Origin: Nitrospirota bacterium
Lineage (GTDB): Bacteria > Nitrospirota > UBA9217
Assembly (NCBI GenBank): GCA_963845065.1
Contig: CAWJQQ010000002.1
Coordinates: forward strand, 128,001-192,000
DNA length: 64,000 nt
Direction of reading: 5' to 3'
Part shown: piece by piece, positions 10,587 to 21,345 of the stretch
How positions within the stretch are numbered: the first letter of the stretch is position 1
Layout: each line of letters opens with the position of its first letter
Position numbers and translations under genes: made by a program
Notes under the pieces: generated by a model
Seen by the model: the letters and a program-made list of their open reading frames with translations, nothing else
What the model was told of the DNA's origin: nothing
Database searches by the model: none

Positions 10587-11614
10587 TGTGGGTGGCTGAT
10601 TGACTCAAGTACCCCCAACCTGTAGTATGTATTCATGATTAAAGCCACTCCCAAGAGTCCGTATCCTAGAACCTTTGAGGAGTTTCTTGATTGGTTCGAA
10701 AGCGAAGAGGATTGTCTGCACTACCTTGAATGGGTGCGTTGGCCTAGTGGGTTTGTTTGTCCGCGATGTTCGGGTCAGAAAGCCTGGCGTACAGATCGCG
10801 GTTTGTGGCATTGTAGTGGCTGTCAAATGCAGACTTCGGTTACGGTCGGGACGGTATTTGAAGGTACGCGTAAACCATTGCGCCTGTGGTTTCATGTTAT
10901 GTGGATGATGATGGCACAAAAAACCGGTTTGAGCGCTCGAAATCTCTGTGACACTTATGGGTTCGGAAGCTACCAGACCGCTTGGGGCTGGTTGCAAAAG
11001 TTGCGTAGCGTAATGATTCGCAGTGGTCGTGAACGATTGTGTAGTCGTGTTGAAGTGGATGAGACTTACATTGGCGGACAGAAAGAGGGTGCGCGTGGAC
11101 GAGGTGCGGCGAGCAAAACCATGGTTCTTGTTGCAGTGGAAGGAAATGCTGATAAGCTGGGACGTGTACGTTTTCGATGTGTGAGCACTGCTGACGCAAA
11201 CAGCATTGAGTCCTTTGTCGGGGACTATGTCGAACCCGGTACGGTAGTAGTCACCGATGGATTGCCTTCCTACAATGGCATGAAAGCCGCAGGGTTCGAT
11301 CATCGCGCCCATGTTATAGCAGCGGGCGGCGATGCAGCACGAGAACATCTTTATCATGTTCACCTCGTTATCTCACTCGTGAAACGATGGCTGGTTGGCA
11401 CCCATCAAGGTGCAGTGACACCAGCCCATCTTCAGTCATACTTGGATGAGTTTGCCTTTCGCTTCAACCGTCGTCTTTCCACTCATCGCGGCAAACTCTT
11501 TCATCGGTTGATCCAACAATCTGTGACTACACGGCCACCAGCAGTCAAAGCGCTATATGTCAAGAAACAAAACAACAACCTGTAGTGGTTACTTGATTAA
11601 GTCAGCCACCCACA
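10587..11614 (+). mobile_element. IS1595-family insertion sequence
   Basis: Imperfect ~27-bp terminal inverted repeats (TGTGGGTGGCTGATTGACTCAAGTA / TACTTGATTAAGTCAGCCACCCACA); direct repeat ATAATTTA at 10579-10586 and 11615-11622. Confidence 0.93.
10635..11585 (+). CDS. IS1595-family transposase
   Basis: N-terminal zinc ribbon (CPRC...CSGC), VEVDETY, TDG, YLDEFAFRFNRR. Confidence 0.95.
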   Translation: MIKATPKSPYPRTFEEFLDWFESEEDCLHYLEWVRWPSGFVCPRCSGQKAWRTDRGLWHCSGCQMQTSVTVGTVFEGTRKPLRLWFHVMWMMMAQKTGLSARNLCDTYGFGSYQTAWGWLQKLRSVMIRSGRERLCSRVEVDETYIGGQKEGARGRGAASKTMVLVAVEGNADKLGRVRFRCVSTADANSIESFVGDYVEPGTVVVTDGLPSYNGMKAAGFDHRAHVIAAGGDAAREHLYHVHLVISLVKRWLVGTHQGAVTPAHLQSYLDEFAFRFNRRLSTHRGKLFHRLIQQSVTTRPPAVKALYVKKQNNNL

Positions 11615-11724
11615 ATAATTTATGACCACTGATGAGCACTGCTTAAGACCTTTGATTCTGAACTTCGCGGGAATGACTTCTTAACCCACACGTCTCATTC
11701 CACAATTCGCTATTTCTTTTTGCA

Positions 11725-12897
11725 CTACGTCCGCTGGCACTTGGCCGCGGACCCGATTATTCTTTCCGCTTCCTCCCTCGCCCAGAGGTCCGCTACGAGC
11801 GCGTCCTCAATTGTCTTGATGGAGGTAGGAGTATGTGCTTCCATCGCGGCATTGATCACGCCCGCAATGGCGCCGTATTCGATCTTCTCATCCAGAAAAT
11901 ATTTGACTGCAACCTCGTTCGCCGCAGATACGACAGCCGGCATGGTGCCTCCTGTTTTCAGCGCTTCGAAGGCATAGGCAAGACAGGGGAAACGGTCCGT
12001 GTCCGGTTCTTCAAACGTGAGAGTCCCGATCTTTGCCAGGTCGAGAGCCGGTGAAACGTCCGCAAGCCGCTCAGGATACGACAATGCGTAGGCGATCGGC
12101 CCCCTCATGTCCGGCATACCAAGTTGCGCAACAACCGCGCCGTCCCGATATTCCACCATGGAATGAACAATGCTTTGCGGATGGACCACCACTTCGATCT
12201 TGTCCTGGTGGATGTTGAAAAGCCACCGTGCTTCAATCACTTCGAGCCCTTTGTTCATGAGCGTCGCCGAATCGATGGTGATCTTCCTGCCCATACTCCA
12301 GTTCGGGTGCTTGAGTGCCTGTGCCAGCGTTACCTTCTTAAGGTCTTTTTTGGAAATAGCCCGAAAGGGCCCTCCCGACGCGGTGATGATCAATTTCCGG
12401 ATATCATTGTTCGCACCCGCCTGCAGGCACTGGAAGATAGCGCTGTGTTCGCTGTCCACCGGGAAGATGCCGACCCCGCGGGAACGGGACTCGGCCATGA
12501 CGAGTTCGCCTGCCGTAACGAGGACTTCCTTGTTCGCCAGTGCGATATTTTTGCCTGCGCGGATCGCAGCCATCGTCGGCACGAGACCGGCTGTCCCAAC
12601 GATGGCCGAGACGGTGATGTCCGCGTCATCGGTGGCAGCGACCCGGACCATGCCTTCGACGCCAGAGAAAATGCTTACCTTCAGATCCTTGCATCTCGCC
12701 TTCAGGAGTTCGGCGGATTTTTCTCCTGCAACAGCGACAACTGTCGGTTTAAAGTATCGTACCTGTTTCTCCAGGAGCGCTATGTTATTGCCCGCAGCAA
12801 GCGCAACTATCTTGAAACGGTCCGGAAATTGTGAAACGACGGAGAGCGTAGACTGCCCGATCGAGCCCGTGGAGCCAAGTATGGAAATTTTCTTCAA
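11725..12897 (-). CDS. dxr: 1-deoxy-D-xylulose-5-phosphate reductoisomerase
   Basis: LGSTGSIG, LANKE, PVDSEH, TASGGPF, HPNWSMG, NKGLEVIEA. Confidence 0.98.
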   Translation of the reverse strand: MKKISILGSTGSIGQSTLSVVSQFPDRFKIVALAAGNNIALLEKQVRYFKPTVVAVAGEKSAELLKARCKDLKVSIFSGVEGMVRVAATDDADITVSAIVGTAGLVPTMAAIRAGKNIALANKEVLVTAGELVMAESRSRGVGIFPVDSEHSAIFQCLQAGANNDIRKLIITASGGPFRAISKKDLKKVTLAQALKHPNWSMGRKITIDSATLMNKGLEVIEARWLFNIHQDKIEVVVHPQSIVHSMVEYRDGAVVAQLGMPDMRGPIAYALSYPERLADVSPALDLAKIGTLTFEEPDTDRFPCLAYAFEALKTGGTMPAVVSAANEVAVKYFLDEKIEYGAIAGVINAAMEAHTPTSIKTIEDALVADLWAREEAERIIGSAAKCQRT

Positions 12898-13303
12898 GCT
12901 CTTACTCTCCGCCGTCGTTTATTGTGCCTGACCAAGAAGATCCCCACCAAACTACCTTTTGGTCGGAGATGAATTGGTGCTTTTTGCTATCCATCGGCAA
13001 CTGCACACTTGATAACCACAACAATTTGCTAAAATAGGGAATCAGTTCTTTGACAATCAGTATGGAGTTGGCACCAGTATTTGTGAGGTATCGTAAGACT
13101 GATTCCCATATCGCAACATGACTAATCTGAGTTCATATGGGTTCTAAGATAGTATCTTAGAACGGTACGTACAACATGTAAATCACAACCGAGTTTACGA
13201 GAGGAAACTTTCGTAAGTGACACTGCATCTTTCAAACGTTTGGCTATCCCTGACAAGGAACCATCTTCTTAGAACCGCAACCGCTATTTGGTTGCGGAAG
13301 CAT

Positions 13304-14104
13304 TCACCGTATCCTAAGATAATAATACAGCACCGGTGCGGCAAAGAGCATGCTGTCCATGCGGTCCAGAATACCACCGTGCCCGGGGATCAAGCCGCCT
13401 GAGTCCTTGACGCCGGCCGAACGCTTGAGCAGGGACTCCACGAGATCGCCGATGGTCCCGCTCACCGCCAGCGTCAGAGCGATTATGACCGCTTCCGGCA
13501 TGCTGATCGGCGGCATGAACCAGACCCGGCACAGAAGGGCCATGCCCGCTGATGCTGCAAGAGCGCCTGCTAAACCTTCCAGGCTTTTCTTGGGGCTCAC
13601 TTTTTCGTAGAGCCGGTGCTTGCCGAAGGGGATGCCGATTGAATAGGCGCCGATGTCCGTTGCCCAAATGATAAAATACAGGAACACCAGCCACTGTTTC
13701 CCGTCAGGGCCGGTCCGAATGGCAACCTGAAAGGCGAACAGCATGGCCACATAAAACACGCCAAGGAACGTCGATGCGATGTCTTCCAGTGCACCGTCAA
13801 CCGGGCGGGCCGAAAACAGTCTGGCGATCATGATGACGAGCATGCTTAAGGCGACGGGAAAAATCGTTCCCACGTGGGGATGCAGAGGACGATAAAAAGA
13901 CAGCAGTACGAGAGCTCCGAGCGCCATCCCAATCAGCGAAAGAGGTTGATATCCGCGCGCCCTCGCCATACGGTAAAATTCGTGTTGTCCCACCAGTACA
14001 GCAGCAAGGACCAGCGCCGTGAAATACACCGGCGGGAGTTCCCAAGCGACCAGGTAAAAGATGGGGAGAAAAAGAAGCCCGGAGATCACCCTCGTTCGCA
14101 GCAT
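13304..14104 (-). CDS. cdsA: Phosphatidate cytidylyltransferase
   Basis: SPKKSLEG, GDLVESLLKR, KDSGGLIPGHGGILDRMD. Confidence 0.96.
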   Translation of the reverse strand: MLRTRVISGLLFLPIFYLVAWELPPVYFTALVLAAVLVGQHEFYRMARARGYQPLSLIGMALGALVLLSFYRPLHPHVGTIFPVALSMLVIMIARLFSARPVDGALEDIASTFLGVFYVAMLFAFQVAIRTGPDGKQWLVFLYFIIWATDIGAYSIGIPFGKHRLYEKVSPKKSLEGLAGALAASAGMALLCRVWFMPPISMPEAVIIALTLAVSGTIGDLVESLLKRSAGVKDSGGLIPGHGGILDRMDSMLFAAPVLYYYLRIR

Positions 14105-14225
14105 GCCTAGTCTCCATCAAGATATATTTACACTGCAAAGCGGATAGAAAATATTGACAGGCTGGAGGTATTCCGGCCAGAAAAAAACATTCTCCCCATC
14201 CGACGTATACTGCCCCGTTCTGCGT

Positions 14226-15035
14226 TCAGCGTAAGCGGATCCCTGCGGATCCGCTATTTTTTTGCACGAGCTGCTCCTGGGTGAGCCCGAACCTGCGTTG
14301 CCGGCCCTGGTAGTCGATGAGCGCCTCAAGCAGGTTCCCTTCTTCGAAATCCGGCCACAGGGTGTCGGTAAAATACAACTCGGCATAGGCGGCCTGCCAG
14401 AGTAGGAAATTGCTGATCCTCTTTTCGCCGCTGGTACGGATAATCAGGTCCGGGTCCGGTAATCCCGCGGTATCGAGGTATGAGGCAAAAACCTCTTCGG
14501 TCAACGGCTCCGCCGCTCCACCCACGGCCACGCTCCGTTTGATCGCTTCAAGAATTTCGCCGCGGCCTCCATAGGACAGAGCAAGGTTCAGGATCAGCCC
14601 GGTATTGGCTGCCGTCTCTCGCATGGCCTTTTCGACCCAGGATTGCACCGCTGACGGGAGCCGTTCTGTTCTCCCGATGGTGCGGAACTTGATGCCGTTC
14701 GCTTTCATGGTTGCGATTTCAGCCCTGAGGAACGACCCGAGCATGTCCATGAGGAAGCCTATTTCCTGTTTTGGCCTCCCCCAGTTTTCATCGGAAAAAG
14801 CGTAGAGAGTGAGGACCGAAACCCCCAACTGACGGCAAACTTCAGTAATGCGGCGCACTTTCTCAGCGCCCCGTTTGTGGCCCGCGACCCTCGGAAGGCC
14901 CCTGCGCAGCGCCCACCTCCCGTTTCCATCCATGATAATTGCGATATGCCGCGGGAGACCGGAAGGGTCAAGTCGTGCCCGCATCTCGTCGAGCGTCTGC
15001 ATTTCCTTTGTCTTCTTATTATTCTTTTCGCTCAT
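14226..15035 (-). CDS. uppS: Undecaprenyl diphosphate synthase
   Basis: HIAIIMDGNGRWA, YAFSDENW, YGGRGEI, RTSGEKRISNFLLWQ. Confidence 0.97.
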   Translation of the reverse strand: MSEKNNKKTKEMQTLDEMRARLDPSGLPRHIAIIMDGNGRWALRRGLPRVAGHKRGAEKVRRITEVCRQLGVSVLTLYAFSDENWGRPKQEIGFLMDMLGSFLRAEIATMKANGIKFRTIGRTERLPSAVQSWVEKAMRETAANTGLILNLALSYGGRGEILEAIKRSVAVGGAAEPLTEEVFASYLDTAGLPDPDLIIRTSGEKRISNFLLWQAAYAELYFTDTLWPDFEEGNLLEALIDYQGRQRRFGLTQEQLVQKNSGSAGIRLR

Positions 15036-15080
15036 GTCTCGTTCCGTCCGTATATTCTCATCAAAGAGTAATATTCTCAA

Positions 15081-16850
15081 TTACTTTGCCACGAACGTTT
15101 GAATGCTGTACCTGTCCTTAGCAAATAGCCCTCCTGGGGTTTTCACCAGCGCCAGGATGTTTGCTCCCATACCCCCCTGCGGTATAACCTGGAAGTCGGG
15201 AACGGCGCCTTCAACATCTTTAACGATCCAACGCTGTTCGAGCCGCGCCCCTGTCCATCCCAGACTGACGATATCGGCATTCGTATAACTTTTAAGGAAG
15301 GTATCGCCGATATTTTTCACCAGAATGATCTCGTCCTTGCCGTCCCCATTCACGTCAAGCGCAAAGACTCTGCCAGTAATCCTGACCTTCTGGCTACTTT
15401 GCGATTCGCCGACGGACTGGGAAATAACGCCGACAGGGTCCGTTACCGGCTTGTTCAGGGATATCCCGATGGACGGATACGCTTCTTCGCTCCTCCAGAT
15501 GCGGGCATCCTTTGAGTAAACGGCCACGTGGTCTTTATCGGTAAGCGCGACGAGAACAGGGCTGGCTTCTCCGACATTGGCGAAAACGAATCCGTAGAAG
15601 CTTAACTCGCTCGGCAAAGAGATTTCCCGGCCAAGAGCATATCTTCCGTTGGCCCAGTCATACTGCCTCGGCGGCCCGGCATAAAACGTCCTCGGATCGT
15701 AATCCTGGCCGATAAGTATCCTCCCCATGCCGGGGTACGCGATGACGCGGAGAAAACCGGGAACGTCGGCAATTCTCTGATACGTACCATTCCGCAATTC
15801 TACCACATAAGAAACGACCTTACCGCTTCTCATCTCCGTCACGAAAATCTGCGGCCGGCCGTCACCGTTGATGTCCGCAATATCGAGGTTGATGTGTTGA
15901 ACCTCATCACTCAAGGGTGGTTCCGGTTCCACCCATTCTTCGTGCCAACCCATCGCGTTCCGGCGGAAGATATGGAGTCTGGTACCGTCGGAAAAAACAT
16001 ATTCCAGCTCGCCGTTTCCTTCGAGGTCTGCCGCCGCAAACAGCTGCGCATCAAAGGGCAAATTGGTAATGCTGCTCTTGTCCACTTTCATCGGCAAAAA
16101 ATAAGGCTTCACTTCACCGAACGTATCTTTTTTTGTCTTTAAATCTATCATGGCAACAATTGTGTCAAGCGATCGAGCCTCGTCGGCGTAATACAACCTC
16201 GTAGTCACGAGGATTTTTCCACCTTCTGCAGGGTAGACCCCCACTGCCGCGATCACGTCCAGGTTGAAGGCCTTGCTCATTTCACGGATAAGCGAATCGT
16301 CCCGCTGCTTTTTCCCTCTGAGAAACTCCGCAGCCTTTGCGCTATCGAGGAGCGTAAATCTTCCCAGTTCATTCAGTCGTTCGGCCAGGCCTTGAATGAT
16401 CTCCGGTCGATCGGCCCTGACCGGAAGGATTGCGAGCTTGATCTTTTTCGGCGTGATCCTCGCCTTGTCTCCGGGCTTAGGGTCCTGCACTCTGTCCGTC
16501 ACCACGGCTGTTGAAGTTGTCTCCGACAGACTCAGTACTTCGGCAGTGCCTACCGGGACTTCGGCACGGCCGATCACCTCGCCGGTAACGGGGTGACGGA
16601 TTTCCTTGCCGTCCCGCCAAAGCTTAAGCTCTAAACCCGGCGTTAATCCGTCTTTCGTACCGAGGGCGATAGTGAGCTGATCGCCGTTCACTGCTTTTAC
16701 CTCACCCTGGACTTTGGGAAAATACGATTCAATCTCTGTTGCAAGCTGGTCGATAGACGTATATTCTTCCACGCCGAGGGGCTTTTCACCGGCTTTCACG
16801 ACGGCACTCATGGATAGGAGCAGCAAGAAAACAATGAATATTTTTTTCAT
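15081..16850 (-). CDS. Exported protein with FlgT-like N-terminal region and FG-GAP/VCBS repeats
   Basis: Signal peptide; HPVTGEVIG motif; repeats ADLEGNGE, ADINGDGRP, DVNGDGKDE. Confidence 0.75.
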   Translation of the reverse strand: MKKIFIVFLLLLSMSAVVKAGEKPLGVEEYTSIDQLATEIESYFPKVQGEVKAVNGDQLTIALGTKDGLTPGLELKLWRDGKEIRHPVTGEVIGRAEVPVGTAEVLSLSETTSTAVVTDRVQDPKPGDKARITPKKIKLAILPVRADRPEIIQGLAERLNELGRFTLLDSAKAAEFLRGKKQRDDSLIREMSKAFNLDVIAAVGVYPAEGGKILVTTRLYYADEARSLDTIVAMIDLKTKKDTFGEVKPYFLPMKVDKSSITNLPFDAQLFAAADLEGNGELEYVFSDGTRLHIFRRNAMGWHEEWVEPEPPLSDEVQHINLDIADINGDGRPQIFVTEMRSGKVVSYVVELRNGTYQRIADVPGFLRVIAYPGMGRILIGQDYDPRTFYAGPPRQYDWANGRYALGREISLPSELSFYGFVFANVGEASPVLVALTDKDHVAVYSKDARIWRSEEAYPSIGISLNKPVTDPVGVISQSVGESQSSQKVRITGRVFALDVNGDGKDEIILVKNIGDTFLKSYTNADIVSLGWTGARLEQRWIVKDVEGAVPDFQVIPQGGMGANILALVKTPGGLFAKDRYSIQTFVAK

Positions 16851-17006
16851 ACTTCTGGAAACCTCTTTTCTATTGGTCTCAAAATCCTGTCCTTCATGGC
16901 GTTGTGGCCTTTGCTATACATCTGTGCCCGGAAAGTAAAATTGCTGTTTCATAGCGTACTGCGCGATTTTCCTATATCGGCAATTCCAACCCATCATTAC
17001 CCGCCG

Positions 17007-19199
17007 TCAGTCAATCATCACGCGGATCTCTGTTTCCCACGACGAGCGAGGTCGAAGCGAAATACGCCAGATCGGCATAACCATCGAACTCTGGTACACT
17101 CGTTCGAACCCGCCTTCCGACTGCGATACCGTCTCGACCGGTGCTCGCCAAAGTATTGCCGGCTGCATGAACGCAAGTGAGAGCTTGAGTTTAAGCCATT
17201 CATCGACAATGCTCACCTTGCTCACGCTGTTGATCTCCCCCATCGACGCCAGGTTTCGCTTGTCCAGGGTATGGCCCGGGATATCATAATACCGGTCGTG
17301 GGCATTCCCCGCAAGGAGTGAAAAATTGAATTCGCTGCCGAAGGAGGTATTCAGCTCCTCAGTACTCACATTCGTGATCTCGAACGTCACGGTAAACTCC
17401 GGTGAGGCCTTAGCCAGTGATATTTCCTTCTTGAGCCGCACGCTGAGTCCTTCCACCTGCCCCGTGCGTTCGAGGATGACGACGACCTTCCCCGGCTTTT
17501 TGTGTTTGACGCTATAATCGCCGAGGACGAAATCCCCTGCCTCGTAGTATTCGGACCGCATGAAACTGGTGAGGTCTACGCCGGATCCCAGAAAATGGTC
17601 GAGCAGAGAGCCGCGGGTGTACCAATCGTAAAGCAGATGATACTGGAGCCCCTCCTCCTTCATGGCCACGCGATCGTGAATGGTCCTTGCGCCGCCATCC
17701 TGCTGCCCCGCACCAGCCTGTGCGGCTGCGTGGAGAATTTTATCATGATAGCCCTCACGCCTGCGCGTAAGCGTGTTCATAAGGTTGAATGAACGGGGCT
17801 TCCAGTCGAACTCCGATATCCTTCCGCCTTCTGCCGGATCAATGAAGAGGTTCAGCAGTTCGGAATTCAGCATGACCTCCTCACGCCCGTACTGGTCGAA
17901 ATCCCCGCGCTCAATCTCCAGCCACGAAGGTTCTGATTTTTTCTTCTGTTTCCCCTGACCCTTGCCCCCCGCCCCTGTTCCCTTCAAGGCCTTGTCCGCA
18001 AGAAACTCTGCCTGGATCACCTGCTCATAGACTGCTGATCTAAGATGCGGCAGATAAAGCCCGCCGAAGACGCCATGCCAGTATGCGTCGTTGCACTGCG
18101 ACTGGTAGAGATGATCGAGCATCCTTGCTGCCTCGGCATTCTTCTTCACGCCCTGGCCGTTCAAAACCTCGAGCGCGGCACTCACCTTCCTGCTCGCCAT
18201 CATCATGCGCTTGTGCATGTGGTTGCTTTCGGAGTACTTGGCGAGAAAATTTCTCCACATCCCGCCCTTGATGAAAGGCCTGAGATCCGCAAAATCGGGC
18301 GACTGTTTGACCTTTTCCAGGGCATCGGTATACTCCCTCATAGCGCGCGTTGGGAGCGCCCACTCTCCCATTTCCATATAGGAAGCGGTCGGCAGATAGA
18401 TTTTGCCGCGCGGCCGTTCTTTTCCAAGATAATCTGAAAAAGTCGTAGTCTCAAGCCACTCGCCATTTTGCTCGAGCAGGGTGAAGAGCCGTTCGAGCCA
18501 TCCTTCCTCGTACACCGTACGATAGGTCTCGGGCCAGACGCCGAACTTTTCGCCATCGTCCGCCATGACTGCAAGCCTGTTTCGTTCCGTTGAACGGAGG
18601 CAGGAAAGAAGTTCAATTGCCTTTTCGGGCCGCTGAAAGGGCATGAGGTACCTAAGTTTCTCGCTTCCTGGAAAGATGCGGATGAGGCTATCCAACTCCT
18701 CAGTGAGGTAATAGCCGTCCAGCTCGTCTTCGCGGAGGCCTGCCATCTTGAAGTGGAAATCATCAACCACAACATGGTTGATCCCGGCGACGGCGAGTGA
18801 CTTCGGCAGGTGCGGTTCCCACACCCGCTCCGCAAGCCACATGCCTTGCGCATCGTAACCGAATTTATGGCGGATATAGTCCGAGAGTGTTCGGATCTGC
18901 CCTACCTTATCCTCGTCAGGAAGAACGGCGAGGATAGGCTCGTAAAACCCGCCCGACAGAATTTCCACTCTTCCGTCATGCACCAGCTGTTTCAGCAGAT
19001 CGATGAATTCCGGATGCTTCTGCTCAAAAAAGTGATAGAGTATTCCGGTATAGTGCAGAGTGATCTTGATCGAACGGTGGCTTTCAAGCGTCTTAAGAAA
19101 CGGCAGGTATGACTTCTGGTACGCGTCCTCGGCAACGAACTCGAAATTCCCGACTGGCTGGTGATTATGGATAGCAAAAATAAATTGTACTTTCGGCAT
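17007..19199 (-). CDS. GH57 alpha-amylase / 4-alpha-glucanotransferase
   Basis: HNHQP, WLAERVW, DDGEKFG, SQCNDAYWHG, SQSEGGFE. Confidence 0.93.
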   Translation of the reverse strand: MPKVQFIFAIHNHQPVGNFEFVAEDAYQKSYLPFLKTLESHRSIKITLHYTGILYHFFEQKHPEFIDLLKQLVHDGRVEILSGGFYEPILAVLPDEDKVGQIRTLSDYIRHKFGYDAQGMWLAERVWEPHLPKSLAVAGINHVVVDDFHFKMAGLREDELDGYYLTEELDSLIRIFPGSEKLRYLMPFQRPEKAIELLSCLRSTERNRLAVMADDGEKFGVWPETYRTVYEEGWLERLFTLLEQNGEWLETTTFSDYLGKERPRGKIYLPTASYMEMGEWALPTRAMREYTDALEKVKQSPDFADLRPFIKGGMWRNFLAKYSESNHMHKRMMMASRKVSAALEVLNGQGVKKNAEAARMLDHLYQSQCNDAYWHGVFGGLYLPHLRSAVYEQVIQAEFLADKALKGTGAGGKGQGKQKKKSEPSWLEIERGDFDQYGREEVMLNSELLNLFIDPAEGGRISEFDWKPRSFNLMNTLTRRREGYHDKILHAAAQAGAGQQDGGARTIHDRVAMKEEGLQYHLLYDWYTRGSLLDHFLGSGVDLTSFMRSEYYEAGDFVLGDYSVKHKKPGKVVVILERTGQVEGLSVRLKKEISLAKASPEFTVTFEITNVSTEELNTSFGSEFNFSLLAGNAHDRYYDIPGHTLDKRNLASMGEINSVSKVSIVDEWLKLKLSLAFMQPAILWRAPVETVSQSEGGFERVYQSSMVMPIWRISLRPRSSWETEIRVMID

Positions 19200-19470
19200 C
19201 AAGGTAAACCTGTTTCCCGGACTTTCCACTGCTTGTACAAACAGATTTAGATATTAGCCTTATAGTCCCGAAAAGTCAATGAAAAATCGGGAATGGAGCG
19301 CTATCTGATCAGGTTAAGACGCTGCCAGCCGTCTTTCTCTGTGAGAAATTTTTCTTTTTGTCCAGTCTCACAACAGTGGAAACACCAAAGGCTAAAGCCG
19401 CCTGCTGGCGATGTCTTGAGACGGGATTTCTAGTGCGGCATAATAGGTTACCTTGCCCGTGAGCAGGAGA

Positions 19471-20202
19471 TCATGCTGTTTTCTTGACCATAATACCGGC
19501 GAGATAGAAAAAGAACAGGGAATAGGCTCCGAGAACGAGCACCGAGACAACGTGCGAATTGTTTCCTGAGCCGAGAGCGCGGAGCAAGAGGCTTGCGTGC
19601 GTGAGCGGGTAGACCAGAATAAGGCTGCGAAAGGGCTCAGGCATCCTGTCGGGAGAAAAAAACGTTCCAGCCAGGAATGACATGGGAATAATGAAAAAAC
19701 TGTTGAAATTGGCCATATCCTCGTGAGAACGCGCTATCATGGCTGCAGCCACGCCTGCGGCGCCGAAGCAGAATGCCGTCAATCCGAGGATGGCAAAAAA
19801 AGAGACAGACACATCCAGGTGTACACCTGAAGCAAACCCGACAATAAGGAGCGCGAGCGCAGAGAACATACCACGCACAAACCCGGTTAGCGTCCTGCCA
19901 AGCGCGATGTCCCAGTGACTAACCGGAGAAACGAGCACTTCTTCGATCGTTTTGGTGTAGAGCTTGCTGATATTGAGCGACGTAGATACCGGACCAAAGC
20001 TGTTATTCATGGCAGACAGCGCCAGAATCCCAGGCAGCACGAAGTCGAGGTATTTACCGCCTCCCACATTCATACCCCTCCCGAGGCCCCAGCCGAAGGT
20101 AACAAAGTAGAGGACCGGCATGACCATGCTCGATGCAAGGAACCGCCAGGGTTTCTTGCGGATGAGCATCATTTCTTTCCAGAAAATGGGGTAGAAATTC
20201 AC
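19471..20202 (-). CDS. ABC-2 type transporter permease (NodJ/DrrB-like)
   Basis: YLDFVLPGI, EEVLVSPV, FLAGTFF, PLTH; multiple TM segments. Confidence 0.9.
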   Translation of the reverse strand: MNFYPIFWKEMMLIRKKPWRFLASSMVMPVLYFVTFGWGLGRGMNVGGGKYLDFVLPGILALSAMNNSFGPVSTSLNISKLYTKTIEEVLVSPVSHWDIALGRTLTGFVRGMFSALALLIVGFASGVHLDVSVSFFAILGLTAFCFGAAGVAAAMIARSHEDMANFNSFFIIPMSFLAGTFFSPDRMPEPFRSLILVYPLTHASLLLRALGSGNNSHVVSVLVLGAYSLFFFYLAGIMVKKTA

Positions 20203-20314
20203 AACACCTCAATAACCAGCAGGGCGATTAAAAGGCACGGGAGAAGCCGGGCACTTAAGCTTCTGCGGCTTTCTGTCACACTTCACCCTACTGTCTACTG
20301 CCTCCTGTTTTTAC

Positions 20315-21154
20315 TTAACCTTCGATTCGCTCTCCGGTCACACTGATAAATACGTCTTCAAGCGTAACATCGCGGGCCACTACATCACAGCCCATGCCCT
20401 TGCCCGCTTCGAGCGCTTCTTCCCGGCTCCATAAAAAACGTCGCGGCACATCGTGTCTGCCGAGACATTCAAGGACATATCGTCCCACAACTGCCTTGAG
20501 GTCAGCGGGCGCACCAAGCGCCATCATTTTTCCTGCACGCATGATTGCTACCCGGTCACAGAGATAATCCGCTTCCTCAATATAGTGCGTCGTCAAAAGG
20601 ATCGTGATGCCGTTTTTCTTAAGGTCTTGTACGAGCCCCCAGATCATCCGCCGCGCCTGGGGATCCAGACCCACTGTAGGTTCGTCCATGAACACCACTC
20701 CGGGGCGGTGCATGAGCCCCCGGGCGATCAACAGTCTCCTGCGCATGCCGCCGGAAAGGTGGTCAACGGGGGAGTCCCTCTTGTCCCAGAGACCGACAAA
20801 GCGAAGTAGTTCCGCGGTCCTGGTCGTGCGGTCCGCAGAAACCATCTTGTGGAGCCTGCCGTGATATTCCAGATTTTCGCTGCAGGTGAGTTCGATATCG
20901 AGGTTCAGCATCTGCGGCACTACACCGATCGAGCGCCTGACTTCCAGCGGGTCGGTCACCACATCGTGACCCGCCACCATAGCGGAGCCCGATGAGGGAG
21001 CAAGGAGAGTCGTAAGCATCCGGATCGTCGTGGTCTTGCCGGCCCCATTCGGGCCGAGCAGACCGAAGACCTCGCCTTTGCCGACACTGAAGTTGACAGA
21101 CTGCACGGCACCGATAGCTCCGAAGTGTTTCGTAAGATTATGAGTTTCTATCAT
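20315..21154 (-). CDS. ABC transporter ATP-binding protein (NodI/DrrA-like)
   Basis: GPNGAGKTT, LSGGM, DEPT, TTH. Confidence 0.94.
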   Translation of the reverse strand: MIETHNLTKHFGAIGAVQSVNFSVGKGEVFGLLGPNGAGKTTTIRMLTTLLAPSSGSAMVAGHDVVTDPLEVRRSIGVVPQMLNLDIELTCSENLEYHGRLHKMVSADRTTRTAELLRFVGLWDKRDSPVDHLSGGMRRRLLIARGLMHRPGVVFMDEPTVGLDPQARRMIWGLVQDLKKNGITILLTTHYIEEADYLCDRVAIMRAGKMMALGAPADLKAVVGRYVLECLGRHDVPRRFLWSREEALEAGKGMGCDVVARDVTLEDVFISVTGERIEG

Positions 21155-21345
21155 GCGCTCAGTGAGCAAGAAACACCGTATGTTACCGATGAACACAAAT
21201 TAAAACTTAAACTACACATTGCGTAAATGTTCACCGATTTAATAAGACCGACGGCAAACCATATCTTTTTCGAACCCGGCGGACAAGTCTTCTTCTGCAA
21301 ATTATTTACCTGTGAATATCCTTATCCGTCTATGGCATGTTTTTC

